DNA from: Candidatus Woesebacteria bacterium
GTDB taxonomy: Bacteria; Patescibacteriota; Microgenomatia; UBA8517
Reading direction: 5' to 3'
Length of the DNA stretch: 64,000 bases
NCBI GenBank assembly: GCA_013374835.1
Contig: CP055307.1
Coordinates: forward strand, 74,447-138,446
The position numbers and the translations under genes were made by a program. Of this stretch, positions 1 through 10,706 are shown piece by piece (positions within the stretch are counted from its first letter, which is position 1; each line of letters begins with the position of its first letter). The notes beneath the pieces are model-generated. The model saw only the letters and a list, made by a program, of their open reading frames with translations. It was not told where the DNA came from and did no database searches.

Positions 1-233
1 AAGGAGGGGGTAAAAATGAGGAAGGAAAATATCTTGTCCATCCGGACTCATCTATTATAAAAGAGAAAATTTCTTACCCGGGATTTTATACCTCTATCCG
101 ACTAGCGTCGAATTCGAAAAAAACCCTAACAGAATTAACCAGTGCTTTTGGTGTTTTTGCCAGAAGCGACGGAAATTCGTTTGTTACACGAGGCAAAAGC
201 ATTCTTTCTTCCCCAAAAAAGGAGCTGTCTAAT

Positions 234-1634
234 TTGCTTCAGCGCAGCTTAAGCGAGCGGCAAATACTAAACACAGAAGAGCTTGCGACGATTTGGCACC
301 TTCCTAGCGAAAAGATAAAAGTGCCCTCGATACTCTGGGGAACTTCCGTACTATCCGAGGCACCTGAGAATCTTCCTGTAGCACAAAATGCAAGCGATCA
401 AGAGAAATTAAAAATTAATTTTTTTGCAAAAACAATGTATAAAAACTCCGAGCAAATATTCGGAATACGCGAGACGGATAGAAGAAGGCATGTTTGGGTG
501 GTCGGTAAAACGGGTACCGGCAAATCTACTCTTATTCAGAATATGGCGATAGATGACTTTAAAAAGAGCCGCGGCATAGGAATAATTGACCCGCATGGAG
601 ATACCTGTGAAATGATACTTGACTATATACCTTCGCACAGGATAAATGATACCGTTTATTTTAACCCTGCGGACCGGGATTATCCTATTTCCATTAACCC
701 CCTTGAGGTAACAAACCGTGAAGAGGCGGAGCTTGTCGTATCTGGATTAATGTCGATTTTTACAAAGGTGTGGGCGAATGTCTGGTCTGCACGTATGGAG
801 TATATTTTGAGAAACTCGTTTCTTACACTGTCTCATGTCGAAAATACAACTTTGGCAGATGTATTAAAGCTTCTTTCCGACAAAGGATACAGAGACAAAA
901 TTCTTGAAAAGGTAAATGACGCCAGTTTGATACATTTTTGGAAAATGGAATTTGACAGAATGCCCGAAAACCTTCAAAAAGAAGCTATTGCGCCAATTCA
1001 AAACAAAGTCGGACAATTTGTTACCTCTCCCCTGATTAGAAGAATTATCGGCAATCCAAAAAGCACGATACAGATTGATGAAATCATAAATTCCGGCAAG
1101 ATATTTATGGCAAATCTCTCCCAAGGAAGACTTGGAGAGGACAATTCTTCCCTTCTTGGGGCAATGCTTATTACCAAATTCCAGCTTGCTTCGATGAGGC
1201 GCGTTGATACACCTGAAGAAAAGCGGCGCGATTTTTATCTTTATGTTGACGAGTTTCAAAATTTTGCTACAGACTCTTTTATCAAAATACTTTCCGAAGC
1301 GAGAAAATATAGGCTTAACCTGATGCTTGCAAATCAATATATGGCACAGATACCCGAAAGCGTGCAAAAGGCCATTCTCGGAAACGTGGGTACGATTATT
1401 TCCTTTTCCGTAGGCGCTGAAGATGCGGGTATAATCCACAAGGAATTTGCGGAGGTTTTTAGTGAAAATGATTTGGTTAATTTATCCAACTTTCAGATTG
1501 CCATTAAGCTAATGGTTAACGGCGAATCTGCAATGCCTTTTTTGGCAAACACGCTTCCACTTCCTATATCAAGGAATAATAACCGCGAAAAGGTGCTTCG
1601 TGTTTCAAGAGAGCGTTGGGGTAAAAAATCTTAA
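234..1634 (+). CDS. AAA+ ATPase, type IV secretion coupling-protein-like (VirD4/TraD/TraG family); TTG start
   Basis: Walker A GKTGTGKST and Walker B YLYVDEFQNF. DPHGD motif after the P-loop, as in TrwB/VirD4-like ATPases. SD AAAAAAGGAG lies 9 nt upstream of TTG. No N-terminal TM segment. Confidence 0.55.
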   Translation: MLQRSLSERQILNTEELATIWHLPSEKIKVPSILWGTSVLSEAPENLPVAQNASDQEKLKINFFAKTMYKNSEQIFGIRETDRRRHVWVVGKTGTGKSTLIQNMAIDDFKKSRGIGIIDPHGDTCEMILDYIPSHRINDTVYFNPADRDYPISINPLEVTNREEAELVVSGLMSIFTKVWANVWSARMEYILRNSFLTLSHVENTTLADVLKLLSDKGYRDKILEKVNDASLIHFWKMEFDRMPENLQKEAIAPIQNKVGQFVTSPLIRRIIGNPKSTIQIDEIINSGKIFMANLSQGRLGEDNSSLLGAMLITKFQLASMRRVDTPEEKRRDFYLYVDEFQNFATDSFIKILSEARKYRLNLMLANQYMAQIPESVQKAILGNVGTIISFSVGAEDAGIIHKEFAEVFSENDLVNLSNFQIAIKLMVNGESAMPFLANTLPLPISRNNNREKVLRVSRERWGKKS

Positions 1635-2720
1635 TGAATTAAGGACAGATTCGAATATTTGTTCATTCTCCCGAGATAAATCATCATACCAGAGGATTTG
1701 AATGATTTTATTTTTGTACCAGATTACTACAAAACTATGCCAGTATCCATTGAATTGACCTTTAAGAATATATGCCGTGCCTCCGCCAAAATTTCTTAAA
1801 TCTACGCTCGGGGTAATTTTCCATCCGGCCAAGCTTCTTGTTGAAGAAATAAATTCTTGAGCTGTGAGGCTTGCTTGGTTTACCTCTTGGGATTCTATTG
1901 TAAGAGTTTGGAACTTTTCTTCATTGATATCTTTTTTTACTACCAATTTAACATCGCTCTTGCTTGCGATTTGCCAATTTTCCGGATATTTAAATGAGAA
2001 TCCGAATCTTTTGTTTGTATATTCTTCCCAGTTTTTAGTAATATCTTTATTAAATTTTAAAGTCTCAAGGAGAGCATCAATAAGGGATTTACCTTGAGAC
2101 TCCTTTGTTTCGATTAAAAAGTATTTTTTGTCTTTTGAAAAGGTGACTGAAATTTGGGGCGGATCATTCTTTAGGGCCTGAATTACAGCTTCTTCGTCGT
2201 CTATTTTTGTAATAGTTTCATCGGGATTTTTTTCAAAATCTATCCTTGGATAAAAATTAAAGCTTGAGTATTTTAGTGTAACTAAATAGGAGCCGGGTTT
2301 ATTGCAGGTTGCTTCTTCGTTTCTTGGTCTATAAAAAAATATTTCTTCTTCACATTCAAGCAAAGAGACGTCTTCTGGATACTCAAAGCTTATCTCAAAG
2401 GAATTGCTTAAAAAGAGTTTGTTTTTGAGTACCGGCCTGAGCGTAGGAATAGGGGTTGCCGGAGAAAGTGCCGGTGGCAGCGAATAAGACATAGGTACTT
2501 GTGTTTTTTGCCTATTAAAAAGCCTGCTTGAGATAAATCCCACTAAAAAAATTGTAAGAAGTATTAATAGCGCCGGGATCAAAAAAAAATATCTTGAGAA
2601 TTTGGGGTTTGGTCTTATATTTTTTTGGAAATTTGTCTCTTGCCTTAGCTCTGTTTGAGGTGAAGGATAGTTGTCAGGCGGCAATTCTTCAGTGGTGATT
2701 CTGGGTCGAGTAGGATCCAT
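1605..2720 (-). CDS. hypothetical membrane-anchored protein (single N-terminal TM after a Pro-rich leader)
   Basis: 371-aa ORF with hydrophobic segment FFLIPALLILLTIFLVGFI. No recognisable catalytic motifs. Confidence 0.45.
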   Translation of the reverse strand: MDPTRPRITTEELPPDNYPSPQTELRQETNFQKNIRPNPKFSRYFFLIPALLILLTIFLVGFISSRLFNRQKTQVPMSYSLPPALSPATPIPTLRPVLKNKLFLSNSFEISFEYPEDVSLLECEEEIFFYRPRNEEATCNKPGSYLVTLKYSSFNFYPRIDFEKNPDETITKIDDEEAVIQALKNDPPQISVTFSKDKKYFLIETKESQGKSLIDALLETLKFNKDITKNWEEYTNKRFGFSFKYPENWQIASKSDVKLVVKKDINEEKFQTLTIESQEVNQASLTAQEFISSTRSLAGWKITPSVDLRNFGGGTAYILKGQFNGYWHSFVVIWYKNKIIQILWYDDLSRENEQIFESVLNSLRFFTPTLS

Positions 2721-2750
2721 TATTATTTAATGATAGCAAATACAAAACAA

Positions 2751-2790
2751 AAATCCCAAGTATTAGTACTTGGGATTTTAATGCTTTTTG
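2751..2790 (-). terminator. rho-independent terminator downstream of 16S rRNA (minus strand)
   Basis: Perfect hairpin aaaatcccaagta/tacttgggatttt, followed on the minus strand by TTTTTGTTTTG. Confidence 0.55.
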
Positions 2791-2852
2791 AAGATACTTG
2801 ACCTCCAACTAGCGTCTGAAAGCTAAGCCCTGTATCGCCAGGTACTCAATGC

Positions 2853-2881
2853 GGATGGTGGTTTTAACCCAAAACCACCAT
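2853..2881 (-). other. perfect 12-bp inverted repeat hairpin immediately 3' of 16S (possible processing stem)
   Basis: gatggtggtttt aaccc aaaaccaccatc, within ~35 nt of the 16S 3' end. Confidence 0.4.
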
Positions 2882-2913
2882 CTAAAAGGGGGTGTTTATC
2901 AACACTCCTTAGA

Positions 2914-4438
<1,525 letters not shown>

Positions 4439-4672
4439 AAAGTGACGAATCTTGCTTAAAAACAAGAAGCGCCCAAAGATGCTTTCAGACGTTAGTTGAT
4501 TGTCAAGGTTCAGTTTTCTACCTGGAGTTGTTACCCCCTTCTTTTTCCAAAAAAGAGGGAAGTTAACTTTGTAGTGGAGGTATTATATCAGAGTGTGCAA
4601 TATGTTTTCAAGAGTGATTAAAACATCATTTAGATTAAGTTTGGTATACTATATAGGTTAAGTATCAAACAC

Positions 4673-4745
4673 GGCCCCATCGTCTAGGGGACTAGGACAG
4701 CGGGCTTTCATCCCGCAAACCCGGGTTCGAATCCCGGTGGGGTCA
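4673..4745 (+). tRNA. tRNA-Glu (anticodon TTC)
   Basis: Cloverleaf ggccccatcgtctagg...gggttcgaatcccggtggggtca. Anticodon stem GCGGG/CCCGC with loop CTTTCAT. Confidence 0.8.
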
Positions 4746-4759
4746 CTTAGCTAGACCGA

Positions 4760-5266
4760 TTAAATATCTCGTGATAAATCTCTAAGAGCCGGGTTGATGA
4801 TTTTATCCAACATAAACTGAATCAAAGATTTTTCTGATAGATCGTATCCCAAGTCAGAATCGAAAAAATTCTTGTCGTATTTTGAATTAAAATTTTGATG
4901 AAGCCTTCTGTGGCACCCCATGCAAAGGACGACTCCATTTGCCTGTGAATTTATTCTTTTTTTTACGGCTCTTCTAAAATCACCAAGTATGCCACTAGGA
5001 ATAATGGGCAAAATTTTTTCTTTATACACCTCTTGAAAAAATTTTACATAAGGATCGATTGAATTTTTAGGGCTTTGGTTATCTTTACCGTTTTCCAGGC
5101 TGTCGGGTACGATGTGGTGTACAGTAAGGCTTTTTTGATTACCACACATGGCGCACGAACCCTCTTTTTTTAATATTTCATTCCTAACCGATTGCTCAAA
5201 ACCTGCAGAGCCTATTAGAGCTAGTGCTGTTAATGAAAATGCTTTAATAACGTGCTCACGACTCAC
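4760..5266 (-). CDS. HNH endonuclease domain protein
   Basis: Motifs CAMCG...HHIVP...N...LCMGCHRRLH, i.e. HNH with zinc-binding Cys pairs. Sits between tRNA genes beside the 16S gene. Confidence 0.65.
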   Translation of the reverse strand: MSREHVIKAFSLTALALIGSAGFEQSVRNEILKKEGSCAMCGNQKSLTVHHIVPDSLENGKDNQSPKNSIDPYVKFFQEVYKEKILPIIPSGILGDFRRAVKKRINSQANGVVLCMGCHRRLHQNFNSKYDKNFFDSDLGYDLSEKSLIQFMLDKIINPALRDLSRDI

Positions 5267-5378
5267 ATTTCATTATTTAGGTGTTATGGGATAAAAACAA
5301 GAGTTTTTTTATTGCCGATAATGAATTAGAATATAATTTTGCGTTAGCTGTAGGCAGCATAGAGCATGTTGCTTATTG

Positions 5379-5451
5379 TGAGTCGCCTGGGACTCGAACC
5401 CAGAACCCTCAGCTTAAAAGGCTGGTGCTCTGCCAATTGAGCTAGCGACCC
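5379..5451 (-). tRNA. tRNA-Lys (anticodon TTT)
   Basis: Revcomp is GGGTCGCTAGCTCAATTGGCAGAGCACCAGCCTTTTAAGCTGAGGGTTCTGGGTTCGAGTCCCAGGCGACTCA. Anticodon loop CTTTTAA. Confidence 0.8.
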
Positions 5452-5521
5452 ATTTAAAGAACAAGCCTATTTTACCTTAGCAGGGGTGGCTTAATCAACT
5501 TTGATGGATTAACATAAAAAC

Positions 5522-6994
5522 ATGCTTAAGCTAATTCGACAAAATTATATATTATTTGTAATAATTTTACTGGGTTTGTTTTTCAGAATTTTTCGGTTTA
5601 AGGAGCTTTACGGATACGGACATGAGCAGGATCTTCAAGCCTTTATTGCAAAGGATATTTTAGTTGACAAGCATTTCAGACTGATCGGACAGGAAACAAG
5701 TATTACAGGACTTTTTATAGGTCCAATTTATTATTACATAATGGCTTTTTTCTTTTGGATTTTTGGCATGAATCCTTTGTCCTTTGCCATACCAATTACC
5801 TTTATTTCCACGGCTACTTTGGTGAGTGTTTTTTGGATTACTAAAAAGCTTTATGGAAAGGATACTGCTATTCCGGCAAGCATTATTTATGCAGCAAGCT
5901 CGAATATTGCCTTTCTTGACAGATGGATTGTTCCCACTCAGCCCACACTTCTCTGGACTGTATGGTTTTTTTATTGTCTGATGATTATTTTACGAAAAGA
6001 TTACACGGCAATACCCATATTAATAGTGCTTTTCGGCTTAATCTGGCATATTCATATTGCATTTATTCCTTATTTTTTGATTCTTAGTCCACTAGCGTTT
6101 TTTCTTTCCCGGGGATCTTTAAAAAACCTTTTTTCGCATAAACGAGCGGTTTATTTTTCTTTTGGCACATTTATTCTATTTATCACCCCTTTTATCGCTT
6201 TTGAGATAAGGCATGGGTTTGGACAAATAAATGCACTTGCTACGGCTTTTTCTTCCGGAGGAGAATACGCTGAGATTAGAAGCGGGTATTATAAGCTCTA
6301 TGTGATAATTGAGCATATAGACCGCGTGCTTCGGGAGCCTTTTAGCAATATCCGCATATTCCCCTACTCTTTCGCAGGATTTTTCCTACTTGTTTTTGGG
6401 CTTTGGGGTTTAAAAAAAATAACACGGGAGGAGGCGGCAATTTTTATCGCCTGGGTTGTTTTAACAATTGCTGTTCATTTTTTTTCAAAACGTGCAATGA
6501 GTGAATACTATTTTAATAATTTGATAATTTTATCCGTTACTCTTTTTGGGCTTTTTTATTCGTTTGTAATAAAAATCAAAGGACTCCTTTTCCCAGCAGT
6601 TTTTCTTTTGGGATTTTTTGTCCTAATAAACTTTTCGGCGTTAAACCAAAAACAAATACACGGTGAATACAAAGATAAACTTGATGCTGTTACTTTTATT
6701 AAAGAAAGTGTTGAGGAAAACAACTACCCATGCGTCGGGATCAATTATATCGGCGAACTTGGCGTTTCTTATGGATATCGCTATCTTTTTTGGTGGAAGA
6801 AAGTTATCCAAATAGCTCCCGGAAACGATGTTCCTACATACAGCATTGTTCGGCCTTGGACAATTTCGGAAAATGAGGTAAATAAGGTTTTTGGTGATAT
6901 TGGAGTTATTATTCCAAAAAAAATGCAAGTTGATCCTTCTATCTGCATACAAGAGAATAGGCAGCTTCTGCCTTTAAATGGATTTGTGAACTAG
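5522..6994 (+). CDS. GT-C fold membrane glycosyltransferase (ArnT/PMT/GT39-like), ~12 TM
   Basis: Polytopic N-terminal half with a conserved acidic loop (YGYGHEQD), followed by a soluble C-terminal domain. Same architecture as 40153..41601. Confidence 0.45.
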   Translation: MLKLIRQNYILFVIILLGLFFRIFRFKELYGYGHEQDLQAFIAKDILVDKHFRLIGQETSITGLFIGPIYYYIMAFFFWIFGMNPLSFAIPITFISTATLVSVFWITKKLYGKDTAIPASIIYAASSNIAFLDRWIVPTQPTLLWTVWFFYCLMIILRKDYTAIPILIVLFGLIWHIHIAFIPYFLILSPLAFFLSRGSLKNLFSHKRAVYFSFGTFILFITPFIAFEIRHGFGQINALATAFSSGGEYAEIRSGYYKLYVIIEHIDRVLREPFSNIRIFPYSFAGFFLLVFGLWGLKKITREEAAIFIAWVVLTIAVHFFSKRAMSEYYFNNLIILSVTLFGLFYSFVIKIKGLLFPAVFLLGFFVLINFSALNQKQIHGEYKDKLDAVTFIKESVEENNYPCVGINYIGELGVSYGYRYLFWWKKVIQIAPGNDVPTYSIVRPWTISENEVNKVFGDIGVIIPKKMQVDPSICIQENRQLLPLNGFVN

Positions 6995-7031
6995 ATTAGA
7001 AAAGTACTCGATGGTAAAATAGCGTAAACAT

Positions 7032-7105
7032 TGCCCGGTCGTCTAATGGTAGGACAGCGGCCTTTGGAGCCGTTAATCGGGGTTCGAATCCCTGCCGGGC
7101 AGCCA
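7032..7105 (+). tRNA. tRNA-Gln (anticodon TTG), CCA encoded
   Basis: U1:A72 first pair and G73 discriminator, which is typical of tRNA-Gln. Anticodon stem GCGGC/GCCGT with loop CTTTGGA. 3' end GCCA. Confidence 0.75.
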
Positions 7106-7298
7106 AGTGATGCACCAATAGGGACAGGTACTCATTAAAATGTACACAGTTCTATGATATTAAGTCACAAGCTTGGCTTATATAATTGAGTGTCAATTTA
7201 AGGGGTACTGTCAGAGTTTATTATCTAAATAACATCTAAACTGTTGATAGGATGAGTTCCTGGTTCTCCAAAAAATAAAAGTCTTCTATACTAATTTT

Positions 7299-9833
7299 AT
7301 GCTTGGGAAAGATAAAACTGACATTAAATTCGCTAAATTGTCATTTGATGAATTGTATCGAGAATTAAACACTTCATACGACGGCTTATCTATAAAAGAA
7401 GCAAATCACCGCTTGAATTTACAAGGAGAAAATATTGTTGATAAGGGCAAGAAAAAATCCGCTTGGCTAGTGTTGATATCTCAATTTAAAAACTGGTTAA
7501 TGGTTGCCCTATTAATAGCTGCGGTTATCGCGTATGCATTGGGCCAACACCTTGAAGTTGGTGTCATCTTCAGCTTGGTGATGCTAAGCGTCATTTTAGG
7601 CTTTTTCCAGGAATATCGAGCAGAAATGGCTTTAGAAAAACTAGCTGAATATATATCCAGAAAATCTAGAGTTAAGAGAGATGGTAAATGGATAGAGGTC
7701 GACAGTGAAAAGCTAGTTGTTGGTGATTTAGTTGAGATTAGAATTGGTGATATAGTGCCTGCTGATCTTCGCCTCATTGAGCTTGATGGACTTTCGGTAA
7801 ATGAATCGACATTAACAGGCGAATCGATGCCTGTATCAAAAACTGTAGACAAAATAAGGGGAGCCGAACCACAACACCCAAAAAACATGGCCTTTATGGG
7901 TACATCAGTTGCTGAGGGTATTGGTAAGGGAATCGTTGTTTCTACTGGATCAGCAACATTATTGGGTAAAACAGCGTCAATTTTGGCCAGACAACCTCAA
8001 GAAACTGAATTTCAGAAACAAACTAAAAAATTTAGCAAGTTTTTATTCAAAGTAATCGTATTGATGACAGCATTTGTATTTATAGTAAACACTGCTCTTG
8101 ACAAGGGTGTTTTAGATTCGTTTCTGTTTGCTTTAGCCCTAGCTGTAGGTATTACTCCAGAACTTCTTCCTGCAATTATGACAATCACGTTATCTCAAGG
8201 GTCTTTGAAAATCGCTAAGAAAAAAGTAATTGTAAAAAGACTCATGTCGGTTGAAGATTTGGGAAACATCGACACGCTTTGTACAGACAAAACAGGCACA
8301 TTGACAAAAGGAGAATTTAGTTTGGTAGGTTATGAGTCACTTGACGGCGGCCAAGATCAAATTTTGGTACTGAAAGCATTATTGTGCACGAGCGGTGAAT
8401 TGGTAGGAGAACAAATTTTAACTACCAACCCAATAGATAAGGCTTTGTGGATGAGTAAGGAAGCGAAATCAATAAAGCATCAACTTAAATCCTTTCAATT
8501 AATTGATGAAAATGAATTTGACTTTTCAAGACGCAGGATGAGTGTTTTAGTTAAAGCAGACAACATAACAACATTAATCGTCAAAGGATCAGTTGAATCG
8601 ATGGTATCTATAGCCAAGGCCAGCGAAGATCAAAAAGAAATGATATTGAGCAAAACAAAAAATCTTGAAAATCAGGGCTATAGAGTAATCGGTATAGGTG
8701 AAAAACTATTAGAAAAGACAACTTCAGAGGTTAACGATGAAGAAAACATTACTTTTTTAGGTTTTTTGCTTTTTAGTGATCCGATAAAGACTACCGCTCT
8801 AAAATCTTTAGAGAAATTGAGGAGATTAGGGGTAAACATAAAGATATTAAGCGGTGATAGTGAAACAGTAACCGCTTATATAGCACGACAGGCTGGATTT
8901 GATGGAGAAAATGAGAAGATTGTTAGTGGTGAAGAATTGTTGGGACTGAGTATTGAAGAATTCGAAAAACGAGTAGCAAATACTACCCTTTTTGCTAGAG
9001 TCACCCCAGAGCAAAAATATAAAATAGTTGAATCTCTTAATAAAGAAGGTCACGTCGTGGGTTTCTTGGGCGACGGTGTTAATGATGCGCCCGCCTTAAG
9101 AGCTGCTGATGTGGGTATTGCGGTAGATAGCGGAGCGATGGTGGCAAAAGAGGCGGCAGATATTATTCTGCTAAGAAAAGATTTGATGGTTTTAGCAGAT
9201 GGTATTGAAGCAGGAAGAAAGACATTTGGTAATATCATGAAATATATCCTAAACACCATCAGCGCCAACTATGGCAATATGTTTACTGTTTCCCTATCCT
9301 CTCTTTTTTTGAAGTTTATTCCGCTACTTCCATCTCAAATATTGCTCAACAACTTTATTAGCGATATTCCACTGTTTGCGGTGGCAACTGATAATGTCGA
9401 CGCAGACTTTGTAAAAAAGCCGAAGAAATGGAATATAGGCACAATTAGCCGTTTTATGCTTTACTTCGGACTGATTAGTTCAATTTTTGACTTTTTGATG
9501 ATTCTGCCGATGGTTTTTATTTGGCATGTTTCAACTGATGTTTTTCGTACTGCGTGGTTTATTGAATCTTCTTTGTCAGAAATACTTGTCACCTTTGCTA
9601 TACGAACAAAACTGCCATTTTACAAGAGCATTCCGAGCTTTTTATTAATAGGATTTAGTTTGTTTTCCAGTCTTGTTGTTATAGGTATGCCACTCACAGT
9701 TTTAGGAGAAACACTGTTCGAATTTTCCATTATGCCATTATCTTTATGGATATGGGTAGGTATTGTAGTTGTCGGTTACTTTGTAGCAGTTGAATTGTCA
9801 AAACGTCGATTTTTTAAAAGATTTGAATTGTAA
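7299..9833 (+). CDS. cation-transporting P-type ATPase (P2/P3 type, Mg2+/Ca2+/H+-like)
   Basis: DKTGTLT phosphorylation motif, TGES actuator motif and GDGVNDAPAL hinge. Ten predicted TM segments. 844 aa. Confidence 0.9.
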   Translation: MLGKDKTDIKFAKLSFDELYRELNTSYDGLSIKEANHRLNLQGENIVDKGKKKSAWLVLISQFKNWLMVALLIAAVIAYALGQHLEVGVIFSLVMLSVILGFFQEYRAEMALEKLAEYISRKSRVKRDGKWIEVDSEKLVVGDLVEIRIGDIVPADLRLIELDGLSVNESTLTGESMPVSKTVDKIRGAEPQHPKNMAFMGTSVAEGIGKGIVVSTGSATLLGKTASILARQPQETEFQKQTKKFSKFLFKVIVLMTAFVFIVNTALDKGVLDSFLFALALAVGITPELLPAIMTITLSQGSLKIAKKKVIVKRLMSVEDLGNIDTLCTDKTGTLTKGEFSLVGYESLDGGQDQILVLKALLCTSGELVGEQILTTNPIDKALWMSKEAKSIKHQLKSFQLIDENEFDFSRRRMSVLVKADNITTLIVKGSVESMVSIAKASEDQKEMILSKTKNLENQGYRVIGIGEKLLEKTTSEVNDEENITFLGFLLFSDPIKTTALKSLEKLRRLGVNIKILSGDSETVTAYIARQAGFDGENEKIVSGEELLGLSIEEFEKRVANTTLFARVTPEQKYKIVESLNKEGHVVGFLGDGVNDAPALRAADVGIAVDSGAMVAKEAADIILLRKDLMVLADGIEAGRKTFGNIMKYILNTISANYGNMFTVSLSSLFLKFIPLLPSQILLNNFISDIPLFAVATDNVDADFVKKPKKWNIGTISRFMLYFGLISSIFDFLMILPMVFIWHVSTDVFRTAWFIESSLSEILVTFAIRTKLPFYKSIPSFLLIGFSLFSSLVVIGMPLTVLGETLFEFSIMPLSLWIWVGIVVVGYFVAVELSKRRFFKRFEL

Positions 9834-10226
9834 ACGCGCGTCGGTTAACAATAGCCATTACCGGCTGTATCTTGTCCGTCCTTCCCATAGCTGGCTAATA
9901 AATCTAAACACGTATAATGACCGTGACAAAAATCAAAACAAAGGCAATACTCACTTGTCCGAAATGCCGTGAGAAACAAAAATGTTAAAACGCCTACAAA
10001 TGCATACCAGTATTTTTACAAAAGGGTGATTGTTGCAAGATTTGTGAACCATAAAATCTATTTTGACTCAACGAAAAGGTTGTTACAGGAAATGTAGTTA
10101 CAGAATTTTTTTAATATTACTCGTTCCTACAACAGAGATGCTAATATATTTCTAACCCCGCGCTTTTGGAACAAAATCTTCAAAATTGCAAATTACATCT
10201 TTTCTGTTCTACACTAAATTTAAACA

Positions 10227-10706
10227 ATGACCAAAAATGGATTTTCTGTTTTAATAATTTTTTTTGTGATTTCACTAGCTATTGTGATAGCGGGCGCTAC
10301 TGCACTGGCTTTGTATAAAACTCCAGAAACTCCAAAAGTGACACAAAAAACTCCAACACCCACAACAGCTACAACCAACTCAGACCAAGATATTCCACTA
10401 CTTTACAATGGTATAGACTGGAACCAACCAGAAGAAGGGGAAGTTGTTTTCACAAATAAAAACAATGATAGCATCAAAACAAATGCTATTTATGTTCAAT
10501 CACTACCAATCAAAAATTACGACAAGTTTATTGATTACTACACAAACGAACTTGTTAAAAAAGGTTGGCAAGAAACAAGCTATGCTAGTGGGCCAAATGG
10601 TGAATCGTACGACTATGAAAAAGGAGGGAAATACTTCTCTCTCGGAATTTTAGTAGCTTCAAGCGAGCCACTTACATATAAAGCTTTTGTTGCTTACAGT
10701 AAGTAG
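10227..10706 (+). CDS. hypothetical membrane-anchored/secreted protein
   Basis: N-terminal TM or signal VLIIFFVISLAIVIAGATALA, then a Thr/Pro-rich linker. Confidence 0.4.
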   Translation: MTKNGFSVLIIFFVISLAIVIAGATALALYKTPETPKVTQKTPTPTTATTNSDQDIPLLYNGIDWNQPEEGEVVFTNKNNDSIKTNAIYVQSLPIKNYDKFIDYYTNELVKKGWQETSYASGPNGESYDYEKGGKYFSLGILVASSEPLTYKAFVAYSK

